Part shown: positions 1 to 8,934 of the stretch, piece after piece
How the letters are laid out: every line of letters begins with the position of its first letter
How positions within the stretch are numbered: the first letter of the stretch is position 1
Source: a virus
Reading direction: 5' to 3' (one strand)
DNA: 64,000 nt
Virus record (IMG/VR): IMGVR_UViG_3300020408_000003
Coordinates: 1-64,000 of that record
The notes under the pieces: model-generated
Told to the model about the DNA's origin: nothing
Seen by the model: only the letters and a program-made list of their open reading frames with translations
Database searches by the model: none
Program-made: the position numbers and the translations under genes

Positions 1-699
1 TCCTTCTTTCACACTTTCATTTCTAGCTTTCTGATCATAATAATCTCTGTGTTTATTATGTGTGCGATCATATGCTGGTAACTTATCATAATCATGGCCG
101 TCTTTTGCTGCCATTCTTTTGGCTTTTTGTAAAAGATGATAACTGTCATCACCAGGAGTTCTACCAATCGATTCATTTGTGCTATTCATTTGCATTCTTC
201 TATCAATCTCTCTTTGAGCTCGATCTTTATCTCTTATATTCTTTCTTTGAGTAGATAATTTACGAGCTTGTCCTAAAGCAGTACTACGATTAGAGCCTGT
301 TACTTTAGATAAACTACCTATTCTTCGAGTTAAGCCTCCAGCTATATCTTCGTTTGCTTTTTTCATCATTTTCCTCATCTGATCTATTTTATCTTTTTCT
401 CCAGGCTTTAACAAATCATCTCTTTTCTTTTTGTTTATTCTTTCTATAGACTTAGCATATTCTGCAGAGCTTTCGTTTTTTTTCTGCATTAATCTATTTC
501 TTTTTTTAATATCTCTTTCTATATTCTTATCGGGATCGTAATCAGTACCTTGCTTTAGCGGTCCACGTTTAGCAGAAAGATAAGCGGCTATTGCTTGATC
601 ACGTCTTTCATCTTTAGAGCGTCCTTTAAATTGCTTAGCTTTAGAATCTTGAAAGTCTCTAATCCATGCGCCCATTCCGTCTTTTACTTTTAATGGCAT
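1..699 (-). CDS. Basic/charged protein, probable internal head protein (runs off the left edge; missing from ORF track)
   Basis: ATG at 699 preceded by AGGAG; frame MPLKVKDGMGAWIRDFQDSK... stays open to position 1; recurrent xNE/xKE motifs resembling prohead protease sites. Confidence 0.75.
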   Translation of the reverse strand, partial: MPLKVKDGMGAWIRDFQDSKAKQFKGRSKDERRDQAIAAYLSAKRGPLKQGTDYDPDKNIERDIKKRNRLMQKKNESSAEYAKSIERINKKKRDDLLKPGEKDKIDQMRKMMKKANEDIAGGLTRRIGSLSKVTGSNRSTALGQARKLSTQRKNIRDKDRAQREIDRRMQMNSTNESIGRTPGDDSYHLLQKAKRMAAKDGHDYDKLPAYDRTHNKHRDYYDQKARNESVKEG

Positions 700-708
700 T
701 TTTTTCTC

Positions 709-948
709 CTAAGCTAAATCTTTATCGTGATTAAGACCACCGCGTTTTTTCTTTGTTATAAATGCATTAACTCTCGCATGTCCCCATTGAGATGGTGTAG
801 TTCCTGGTCTGTGACCAGTTTTCCAAGCAGCGACTCCGCGATTATACACTTTACGCAATGTGCTTGATGAAATTCCTGATTTTTTAGCTTTGTCTGCTAG
901 AGACTTGCCAGCTTTATCTTCTTCGATATATTTCTTAAAATTTTTCAT
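709..948 (-). CDS. Small basic protein with capsid-targeting-like N-terminus
   Basis: MKNFKKYIEE resembles the T4 internal-protein leader MKTYQEFIAE; conserved-looking VYNRGVAAW..GHRPG...WGHARVNAF core. Confidence 0.7.
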   Translation of the reverse strand: MKNFKKYIEEDKAGKSLADKAKKSGISSSTLRKVYNRGVAAWKTGHRPGTTPSQWGHARVNAFITKKKRGGLNHDKDLA

Positions 949-2177
949 CCTACTGAAGTCTCCCTATTTTTATTCATTGCATCTCTTAATCTAGCACGAT
1001 CCATTTCTCTATCGTGTCTTTTCTTTAGTATATTTTTTTGTCTTTTATGTCTGTCTTTTGTCATCTTTATATCTTCACCGTACATTGCTTTAAAAGCTTT
1101 TGTGTATTTGCTTTGAGGCATTGGTTTTTTTCGAGCAGCTTTATCCCCCGGTGCATCTGTATATGAACTTGGTTTATCATCAGGTTTTTTAGCATCCCTT
1201 TTAAATTTAGCATCACGAGCAGCTTTAGTAGCTTTTGATTTTATACCGGCATGATATACTGCAGGTTGAGAACCTTTTCTCTTTCTTATATCTGGATCTT
1301 GCCGAACCTCAGGTCCTTCATATATCTCATTATCAAGTGGATTCCATTCTTGTAAAGTCAAAGGTTCAATATCATGCAACCATTTTCGTAATTGATGGCC
1401 ATTTGAATTTTCTACTATAACATAGTTCGGTCCTTTTTTAATTATCCTTGTAACTTCATCATTTTCTTTTACGACTACGTGATCTCCAATTTTAAAAATC
1501 ATACCTTTTACATATGCCTCTCTGATGTCTGAAAGTTTTTCTAATTTAATTAAATTTTGGAATATCTTTTGCTCTTTTAAACCCATTCCCATTCTTACTG
1601 AATTATATAATCTTTTTGCTTCAGTATTAGACATGTTTCTTGGCAAACCCTGAGAAAATTTAGTAAAATCTTTTTGTTCTACTGCTTGACGCATTTTAGA
1701 TGCTGACATTCCAGTTGCACCATCGGCATCTGGATCTCTATCACCAGCCGATATGATGTTTATCTTTTCAAAGTTATAAAAACCGTGACGAGCTCTTTTA
1801 CCGTTATACTTGTTTAATAACACCTTAAACTCGTTAAGTCTATCAGATCCAACGACTAAAGAAACGTGTTTATAACCTTCATCGTATAATTTTGTCGCTA
1901 CATCAAAAACATTTTTAATCTTTTTATCTGCCATGATCTGACGCGCATGTTTCGGAAACATTTTTCTAGCGTACTTAATTTTTTCTACAAAAGATAACGG
2001 ATTTTTCTTTTTATCCTGTGATTGAGACAGATAAACTCGATAAGGATTTTTACCAGATTTTTCTGATAATGTCTTCATTAACTTTTCATGACCAATAGTA
2101 GGAGGGTTCATTCTACCAAACGTAAAATAAACTCCTTTACTTTCTTCAATTAAATATGATTTAAACGAATTTACCAC
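945..2177 (-). CDS. HIGH-superfamily nucleotidyltransferase (cytidyltransferase-like) with basic C-terminal extension
   Basis: FTFGRMNPPTIGH, VVGSDR and MSASKMR motifs; family common in marine T4-like phages. Confidence 0.8.
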   Translation of the reverse strand: MVNSFKSYLIEESKGVYFTFGRMNPPTIGHEKLMKTLSEKSGKNPYRVYLSQSQDKKKNPLSFVEKIKYARKMFPKHARQIMADKKIKNVFDVATKLYDEGYKHVSLVVGSDRLNEFKVLLNKYNGKRARHGFYNFEKINIISAGDRDPDADGATGMSASKMRQAVEQKDFTKFSQGLPRNMSNTEAKRLYNSVRMGMGLKEQKIFQNLIKLEKLSDIREAYVKGMIFKIGDHVVVKENDEVTRIIKKGPNYVIVENSNGHQLRKWLHDIEPLTLQEWNPLDNEIYEGPEVRQDPDIRKRKGSQPAVYHAGIKSKATKAARDAKFKRDAKKPDDKPSSYTDAPGDKAARKKPMPQSKYTKAFKAMYGEDIKMTKDRHKRQKNILKKRHDREMDRARLRDAMNKNRETSVG

Positions 2178-2578
2178 TACATCTTCTTTCTTCTAATTTC
2201 TGCTTTTCTTTTCTTTGGCATTAATCTTCTTTGCATTACATCTAATCGTTTTTGAAAAGATGGTCTATCTAGTCTTTTTTCTATTGAAGCTTTTGCCACG
2301 TCAGATAGTTCTGATTTCTTACGTCCCTTTAATAATTTAGCTGCTATTGCTTTTCGCGCAGATCTTCTTGATCTTTTCTTTAAAACAGGATCACGTGCCA
2401 TTCTTCTTCTTGCTCTTTTACGTGCAAGTTTAAGAACGGTTTTACGTCTTTTTGCATCTCTGGCTTTTTTTCTACGACCAGAAATAGATAAGACTTCATC
2501 TAATGTTTGGGATTCTTCGAAGAGTTCAACGTCTTCTTGCGTAAAATTTTTAAATGATAGGGGCCTGTTGTCTGCCAT
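2177..2578 (-). CDS. Arg/Lys-rich protein, probable internal head protein
   Basis: Acidic N-terminus (SFKNFTQE...LDE) followed by a very basic body. Confidence 0.6.
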   Translation of the reverse strand: MADNRPLSFKNFTQEDVELFEESQTLDEVLSISGRRKKARDAKRRKTVLKLARKRARRRMARDPVLKKRSRRSARKAIAAKLLKGRKKSELSDVAKASIEKRLDRPSFQKRLDVMQRRLMPKKRKAEIRRKKM

Positions 2579-2580
2579 CT

Positions 2581-3804
2581 TTATCTCCCTGGTTTATCCC
2601 ATCCCTTGATTATATTGGGTGAAAAGTTGGCGAATGAAAATTCCATTCGATCAACTATTTTCACTGCATCACCACCAAGTTTATCTATTGCTACATAACC
2701 TTCTTGACCTGTAGAACGATATCCTCTATTTGTTTTTAAAAATGTATTCGTTTTATTTAGTTTATTTAATATATTTATAAGTTTTAACTTCGCTAAAACG
2801 ATAACTTTTTGCAAATCAAACATTCTTTTTAAGCTTTTTTTATTGCCATCAGAGAAAAACGTTAAGATTTTTTGGAGCTTTGCTTTTTGGCCGGCTTGGC
2901 CTTTTTCTGTTTTCCTGGCTTGGATTTCTTTTTGATATTTTTGTTTGATCCAATTAATGAGCTTGGAAACATGATTACCTGTATTAACGACCACTTGACC
3001 TTTGCGTATATAACTATTATTGAATTGCTCAATGAGCTGAGCCAACTCACGATTATTTTCCAAAGTTTTAAGGGTAGTTGAACTAATTTGGTTAAATAAG
3101 AACCCAGCGTGACTAAGATATTCATTGACTTCCTCCGTATCTTTTTTCGTCATCGTATAGTTAGTCATATCTCTTAACATTGCGTCTTGAGAAAAAACAT
3201 TTACACTCTTTTTAAATTTTGTTATGTTTACACCATAAGATGCTTTCATCGTTTCAAAAGATCTACCGTTATATGTCGTGTGCCATACGATACCAATCTT
3301 TGCTTTTTTAATGGTTTTAGCCATTTCAGTATTGTTAGGTATAGCATACACGATCGTGTTTGGGTGAAACGTAACGTATTGTTTTCCTTTTATTTTAGAT
3401 ATTTTTAAATCTTGTTTTGAGAATAAAAAATCTCCTTGAACTACTCCTTTGATACCAAGTTCTGGTAAATACTTTAATGCATCTTTTAGCTTAACAGCCA
3501 AACTACCAGAAGCATCAGCATCAACGTCCGCAGCAGTATAATATACTTTCGGTGACTTATTGAAAATCCCTTTTTTCGCAACAAAGAAATTACCGTTTCT
3601 GGGATCAATACCAGCAAAAATAGCAGGAGCACCATCCCACTTAACACTAACTGACCCATCTTTCACACCTCCTAATGTATCTCTTAATGATCTAAGTGCA
3701 AGAATAGCTTCTCTCGTACCTTTCACTCCACCATAGAGAACCTTGTCCTCTATATGCGTCATATGAGTATTTTTTTGTTCAGTTATAAAATCTACAAAGT
3801 TCAT
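2581..3804 (-). CDS. DUF6267-like protein with ATP-dependent ligase motifs
   Basis: SVKWDGAP (KxDG motif I), QGDFLF, EGYVA...VKIVDR (motifs IV/V-like). Confidence 0.65.
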   Translation of the reverse strand: MNFVDFITEQKNTHMTHIEDKVLYGGVKGTREAILALRSLRDTLGGVKDGSVSVKWDGAPAIFAGIDPRNGNFFVAKKGIFNKSPKVYYTAADVDADASGSLAVKLKDALKYLPELGIKGVVQGDFLFSKQDLKISKIKGKQYVTFHPNTIVYAIPNNTEMAKTIKKAKIGIVWHTTYNGRSFETMKASYGVNITKFKKSVNVFSQDAMLRDMTNYTMTKKDTEEVNEYLSHAGFLFNQISSTTLKTLENNRELAQLIEQFNNSYIRKGQVVVNTGNHVSKLINWIKQKYQKEIQARKTEKGQAGQKAKLQKILTFFSDGNKKSLKRMFDLQKVIVLAKLKLINILNKLNKTNTFLKTNRGYRSTGQEGYVAIDKLGGDAVKIVDRMEFSFANFSPNIIKGWDKPGR

Positions 3805-4616
3805 CCAATTTTTACTCTTGGTTTAATTGTTCCTTGTGTCACAACATCTATCGATATATCTGCAAGTTTAGGTTTCATGATTGCAGCTACTTCACCTATT
3901 CTTGAAGCGGGGGTAGTATTAATCATAAAGATAATTTTATTTTTTCCTAAATATTTTGCAGCTTCTTTTGCATAAGGTATTTCAACTTCTTTTTTCCACC
4001 TTGCCGCTAGCTTTCTATCTTTCATAATGGCTTTTATTTGACTACCATTTACTCCAGTTCTTTCTCTACCAAGTCTAGCAATTTTAGGATCTACATCTCT
4101 AATTTCTAACGCAGCTTTAACTTCTTTTGCTATAGGAACTGTACCACCTAATTTAAATCCTATAATTTCTTTTCCTCCACCGTCACCAGGTAAATTACCA
4201 GCTTTAACTTCATAATTCGTACCGCTAATAACGATGTCAACACCTGCGCTAGATCCACCGCCTAAATGCGCATTATCTAATAAAAAGAATAAAGTTGCTT
4301 CAGCTGGACCTACACCCTTTAAATTATAATTGTGCAAATTTCTAAAACTTTTAGCACTAATAGCTTTTAAGTTTTTAATTAATTTATTTAATTTAGTAAC
4401 ATTTGGCGGTCCAGATATTGTATTATCTAAATCAAATGCTGGAAACATATGTGTTCTAAATAAATGTTGTATTTCTTTTTTATATTTTAAACTAGTAAAA
4501 TCTCCGGATGAAAGATTAAAAGACGTTACTTTTTGTGCACGTTTTAAAAAATCTGCATCAAGATCGGATACATTTACTGCAGCCATCTCTGTGATATAAC
4601 TTTTAAACTTCATCAT
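3801..4616 (-). CDS. Hypothetical protein, possible PD-(D/E)xK nuclease fold
   Basis: GPAE...GVDIVISGTNYEVK pattern; MKFKSYITE leader. Confidence 0.45.
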   Translation of the reverse strand: MMKFKSYITEMAAVNVSDLDADFLKRAQKVTSFNLSSGDFTSLKYKKEIQHLFRTHMFPAFDLDNTISGPPNVTKLNKLIKNLKAISAKSFRNLHNYNLKGVGPAEATLFFLLDNAHLGGGSSAGVDIVISGTNYEVKAGNLPGDGGGKEIIGFKLGGTVPIAKEVKAALEIRDVDPKIARLGRERTGVNGSQIKAIMKDRKLAARWKKEVEIPYAKEAAKYLGKNKIIFMINTTPASRIGEVAAIMKPKLADISIDVVTQGTIKPRVKIG

Positions 4617-4645
4617 AGTTCTACCTTTTGTTTATGTTATACCTT

Positions 4646-4677
4646 TATTTATATCATAAATTTTTTTAATTGTAAAC
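4646..4677 (-). promoter_or_regulatory. Late promoter TATAAATA nested in a GTTTACA-N17-TATAAA promoter
   Basis: Minus strand GTTTACAATTAAAAAAATTTATGATATAAATA upstream of the ORF starting at 4616. Confidence 0.7.
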
Positions 4678-4701
4678 AAAAAAAAGGGACCATACGGTCC
4701 C
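4678..4701 (-). terminator. Rho-independent terminator
   Basis: GGGACC-GTAT-GGTCCC followed by T8 on the minus strand. Confidence 0.85.
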
Positions 4702-4726
4702 GAGGTAGTATCAAAACAAAGGAGAA

Positions 4727-4891
4727 TTATTTTTGTTTTTGTTTATTAAATGAATTATTCCACAACTTTAAACCGTATTTTTTTCTCTTTTCTACCTCAA
4801 TTGGATGATTAGCTTCATACGTTTTTTGTCTCGTATGAAGCTGATTTTCTTTTATCCAATCGGCAATTTGTTCGCGAGTATGTTTTTTCAT
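4727..4891 (-). CDS. Hypothetical protein (likely start 4891, MKKHTREQ)
   Basis: ATGA overlap with the upstream small ORF. Confidence 0.55.
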   Translation of the reverse strand: MKKHTREQIADWIKENQLHTRQKTYEANHPIEVEKRKKYGLKLWNNSFNKQKQK

Positions 4892-4995
4892 GACACCTGA
4901 ACTGCTATGTAAATACATAACGCTAGTATCGTCAATTTACCATAATCTAAATCCCATTTGGTACCTTCACCAAAGTTTTTTTCAAATTTTTTCAT
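4888..4995 (-). CDS. 35-aa membrane peptide (not in ORF track)
   Basis: MKKFEKNFGEGTKWDLDYGKLTILALCIYIAVQVS; GGAGG upstream; ATGA overlaps at both ends. Confidence 0.6.
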   Translation of the reverse strand: MKKFEKNFGEGTKWDLDYGKLTILALCIYIAVQVS

Positions 4996-5948
4996 GATGC
5001 CTCCGCAAATTCGAGAGCAGATTTAATGGCATCACGCTTTCTAACTTGATTATATCCATACCAAGAAGAATAAAGTCTGTTATCTTCATTACGACCTTGT
5101 AAATGATCGGTAACGTAAGTTACACTGTTAAAAGCTTGCCACCAACTTCCTTCTGCAAAGTTTGAACCTGGCTGAGTTTCAAGAGCATCGTAACAAAGAC
5201 GTGCATTTCTTGATAAAGTATCGATAGCAAGTTTTTTACCTTGTGTTTTCTTATCAGCAGTTCTTGGAAATACTGTGTTATAATACTCAATAAGAGCTTC
5301 AGCTGTATATCTTTTCTTTCCAAGAAATTCAGCCATTTCTTTATAACTATTAAGCTTTTCAGAAGCAATACCAAGTGCTTCTTTTACACTATCAGGATTA
5401 AACTGAGTTCTGTGTGTAACTTTAACAGCTTTATCTGCTTTCATTTCCAATGAAAGTGATAACGTATTATTGCATACAACACGAATTGGTGTAAATCTAA
5501 TATCTATTGATTTACCATACTGATGAGGATTTGAAAAAAGTAAATATGAATCGACTTTATCTCCGCCAAAAAGTTCAAATGAATCCTTAACTTTTGCTAA
5601 AGCCCAAACCATTTGACCACCTTTAAGTGATCCAGCAGTATGCATTTCCATATTACCGGCAAGTACATACTCACCGAAAAAATTAAATGCTTCTTCATTC
5701 TGAACTGGTGTCCAATTTTCACCGACATTAGTTAAAATTTTTCCATCAGTACTTCTTACTAATGATTTTTGACCAGTCGGTATCAATTCACCGTTGAATT
5801 GAATGTATGATTGAACTTCTTCAACTTTCCAATCGAGGCCAGCTTTTTCCATCATCATAGTCGGTGATAGATCGTTTGATACAGGTGTTCCAAGACCATG
5901 CCATGGAACTTCACCTGCGTATGCCATTGTTTCAACTTGATGTGCCAT
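4992..5948 (-). CDS. DUF932/DUF945 family protein
   Basis: PWHGLG, AGLDWKV, TAGSLKGG, TPIRVVCNNTL motifs. Confidence 0.85.
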   Translation of the reverse strand: MAHQVETMAYAGEVPWHGLGTPVSNDLSPTMMMEKAGLDWKVEEVQSYIQFNGELIPTGQKSLVRSTDGKILTNVGENWTPVQNEEAFNFFGEYVLAGNMEMHTAGSLKGGQMVWALAKVKDSFELFGGDKVDSYLLFSNPHQYGKSIDIRFTPIRVVCNNTLSLSLEMKADKAVKVTHRTQFNPDSVKEALGIASEKLNSYKEMAEFLGKKRYTAEALIEYYNTVFPRTADKKTQGKKLAIDTLSRNARLCYDALETQPGSNFAEGSWWQAFNSVTYVTDHLQGRNEDNRLYSSWYGYNQVRKRDAIKSALEFAEAS

Positions 5949-5962
5949 TATTTAAATTCTCC

Positions 5963-6229
5963 TTATATAGCAGTTAATAATGAAGGTGAAACTTTCCAGT
6001 TACCAATATTAGTAGCAACGACTACAGTTTTAAGATTAACTTTTTTTACAAGACCTTCGATGAAACTGCCTCTTCTATTTTCGAAAGAAACTTTGTCACC
6101 GACTGCAAATTCTCTTGCAGCTTTATATTGGAATTCACTTTGCTTTGCTTTTATCATTGTTATGATAGCATTAATTTCGTCACGATTACAAGTGTTGATT
6201 ATACCTTGAACATTATCTAATTTATTCAT
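5963..6229 (-). CDS. Hypothetical early protein (SH3-like C-terminus)
   Basis: FAVGDKVSF...GLVKKVNLKTVVV...WKVSPSLL; GAGG RBS. Confidence 0.65.
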   Translation of the reverse strand: MNKLDNVQGIINTCNRDEINAIITMIKAKQSEFQYKAAREFAVGDKVSFENRRGSFIEGLVKKVNLKTVVVATNIGNWKVSPSLLTAI

Positions 6230-6266
6230 TATTAAATTTTCCTCATTTTAATTTGCTTATAGATAT

Positions 6267-6348
6267 AATATAATATGTTTAGGATGAAATGTAAACCCTT
6301 TTTTTAAAATAATTTAAATTTTTATTTATATGTAACATAAATGATACA
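6267..6348 (-). promoter_or_regulatory. Early-type promoter with A-tract and upstream TGT-N12-ACA box; also a TATAAATA at 6323-6330
   Basis: GTTTACA-N17-TATATT; box TGTAACATAAATGATACA at 6331-6348. Confidence 0.7.
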
Positions 6349-6354
6349 ATATTG

Positions 6355-7839
6355 TTACAATCTTTTTGGTTCCATTTCTAAAGACTTTCCACTGTAACCC
6401 CAAAATTCATTATAAGATTTCGAAATTTTTACTTTATTATTTTTCTTAAAGTATTTTTTAATAACTTTACTGTGAACATCCATTGGCATTTTAAAACCTA
6501 GTTTATTGACGTGTTCTTTTAGTCTTTCTCGCCTTTGCATTCTTTCTTCGAAAGTACTATTTTCATTATACCAGTCATTTCTTTGATTATATTTTATATT
6601 TAGTTCTTCTTGCATGTGCCATACAGGAGCGTGTGGCATAAAAATAAATGTTCCTCCAAGAATAACTGTATGAAATACATCTTTGTGTTTCTGATGTTTA
6701 GTAAAAAAATTTAAAGTTTCTTGAAAATCTTTTTCTGTTTCAGTTGGATAACCTACCATCATGAGTGCAGTAATTCCAAGCTTATACCGATAACTCATTT
6801 CTACGTAATGATCTAAATCTTCATTACTAAATTTTTTATCCATATGGTCGCGTACACTTTCAGAACCCGATTCTATTCCTAAATCTTGAGATAATATTCC
6901 AGCTTTAGCCATTTTTTCAAAATACCAAGGTGGACATTGTCTTTTTGGTCTAACTATACACTGTCCTGCAAATTGCATATCTTCTCGTAACATTCCCTCT
7001 TCTTTATATCTAATTATTTCATCTAAAAATATATGAAATTCTCTCATGGCTCCATTAAATAAACTATCTGCCCATCTCATTACATTCACTGTTGGATGTC
7101 TTAAAGATTGATGTACAACTTCTTCGGCCATGAGTTTTCCAGATCTAAATTTAAATTTAGGAGCCATTGCGTGAATATCACAGAAAGTGCAATTTCTTAC
7201 ACAACCTCGAGATGATGCCATATATAATACACTTCCATTAGAAGAATATTCTTTTAAACTTAAATCTGTATAATCTGGGAATGGATATTTGTCTAAGTTT
7301 TGCAATTGTTTAAAATTTTTAGTATCAATACCCGGACCTGAAGTTTTACCTTTTAATAATTCAATTAAAGATTCTTCTGCTTCTCCGTATATTACATGAT
7401 CTACCATTTTAATGATAGGTGTTTCTGAATGAAATAACATGCATGAAGGACCACCGAGTACAAACTTTCCTTTATAACCAAGTTCTTTAAAAGCTTTTAT
7501 TAATAAAATAGATGGAGCTTGTGATGTAGTAGAAAACTGCGTAATACCTATCCATTTAGGATTATGTTTTAAAACATCTTTTGCAAAAGAGAAAGTTGGT
7601 TCTTTTAATTTTGTGCCATAATCTTCTATTAGTAAATCTAAATCTAACCAGCAAGGATGTTCATCGCCCCACCATAATTCATGACAATCTCCCATTCGGT
7701 TATAGAGATAGATATTAAAATCCATATAAACCGAAGAAAAACCATTTTCTCTTAGTTGTGATTTCAATAAAGCAGGTCCAACAATAGGCATATTAGGATC
7801 TAATTTTGGTACAGTTATAAAAATAATGTCTTTATTCAT
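6355..7839 (-). CDS. B12-binding-domain radical SAM protein
   Basis: SRGCVRNCTFC, VLGGP, GEAE, GIESGS, MVGYPTET. Confidence 0.9.
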   Translation of the reverse strand: MNKDIIFITVPKLDPNMPIVGPALLKSQLRENGFSSVYMDFNIYLYNRMGDCHELWWGDEHPCWLDLDLLIEDYGTKLKEPTFSFAKDVLKHNPKWIGITQFSTTSQAPSILLIKAFKELGYKGKFVLGGPSCMLFHSETPIIKMVDHVIYGEAEESLIELLKGKTSGPGIDTKNFKQLQNLDKYPFPDYTDLSLKEYSSNGSVLYMASSRGCVRNCTFCDIHAMAPKFKFRSGKLMAEEVVHQSLRHPTVNVMRWADSLFNGAMREFHIFLDEIIRYKEEGMLREDMQFAGQCIVRPKRQCPPWYFEKMAKAGILSQDLGIESGSESVRDHMDKKFSNEDLDHYVEMSYRYKLGITALMMVGYPTETEKDFQETLNFFTKHQKHKDVFHTVILGGTFIFMPHAPVWHMQEELNIKYNQRNDWYNENSTFEERMQRRERLKEHVNKLGFKMPMDVHSKVIKKYFKKNNKVKISKSYNEFWGYSGKSLEMEPKRL

Positions 7840-8380
7840 AAGCCCTGATTAACATATTGTTTATTAAAAACCCATCACGCGCTGCATTTATTATATGATT
7901 TGTACTTATACAAACTTGCTTTAAACTAACATAATTTTTCGGTTTATATTCTTTTAAAATTTTATCGGTACCAACATATCCAAACTTTATACTTGAAACC
8001 ATTGGTCCTTTAGGAATGTATTGCAATTGGTAGATGGCTTTATCCAACGCAGCTTTTGCAGCTTGATATGGCCATACTTTTCTTGTATTTTCATCTACAG
8101 TATTTGAACTTATATTTATAATCAATTGATCAGCATTCATTCTATCGTAAACCTCATAAAGAATTTCTGTTTGTACCCACATATGATCCGGATATTTTGG
8201 ATCATCATACATAAAAGCATTGTTGATAAATACAGAACATTCATTTAAATGTTGATACATTTTAAGTCTATCATATTTTTCTGTTAAATTATATCCATTT
8301 GATCTACTAAATCCTTTATCACCAAAAGCCTCAAAAAGAGCTTTACCTATTCCATTTGTATGGCCTGTAATAAAAATCAT
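7832..8380 (-). CDS. Short-chain dehydrogenase/reductase (minimal)
   Basis: ITGHTNGIG, INNA, YQAAK (YxxxK). Confidence 0.85.
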   Translation of the reverse strand: MIFITGHTNGIGKALFEAFGDKGFSRSNGYNLTEKYDRLKMYQHLNECSVFINNAFMYDDPKYPDHMWVQTEILYEVYDRMNADQLIINISSNTVDENTRKVWPYQAAKAALDKAIYQLQYIPKGPMVSSIKFGYVGTDKILKEYKPKNYVSLKQVCISTNHIINAARDGFLINNMLIRAYE

Positions 8381-8934
8381 ATTATACCTTCTACCTTTTG
8401 TATATCTCTACGATCTAATCTCCACACGGATTGTTTAACTCCGTATATTTCTTTTTCATCATACCAACTATATGTTGGATCAATATCTTTACATTTATGA
8501 AAATGTTTATCTAATTTTTCACTACTAGCTGTTCCACCGTCTCCAGTATTAGTAGTGAATAATATATATTTTGCTCCACGATCCATTGCGTAATCTACCA
8601 TATATGGTACCAACCAACTTGTAATTCCAGAACAAGATATTAAACCTCTTCTTCTTCCAAATCCTTTAGCTCTATATTGTCTTAGCGTAGCAGTTCTACA
8701 AAATATTCTCCATGCTTCAGGGTAATATTCATAAAAATCGTGCGTATGCGACATAGATATAATTTTATTATCGTAATAAATTACATATAAACCACTATTA
8801 GATCTTAATGCTAATTTTTCCATAGTTGAATTATTTTCAATGCCTTGATCAGCAGCTTCACTAATAAAAGCTTCTAAATCTGATAACATCGAATCATTGT
8901 AAAGTTTTATTTGCATATTGTTTATGTTTAACAT
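8377..8934 (-). CDS. Hypothetical protein, possible GNAT fold
   Basis: WRIFCRTATLRQYRAKG resembles the acyl-CoA-binding motif A. Confidence 0.45.
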   Translation of the reverse strand: MLNINNMQIKLYNDSMLSDLEAFISEAADQGIENNSTMEKLALRSNSGLYVIYYDNKIISMSHTHDFYEYYPEAWRIFCRTATLRQYRAKGFGRRRGLISCSGITSWLVPYMVDYAMDRGAKYILFTTNTGDGGTASSEKLDKHFHKCKDIDPTYSWYDEKEIYGVKQSVWRLDRRDIQKVEGII

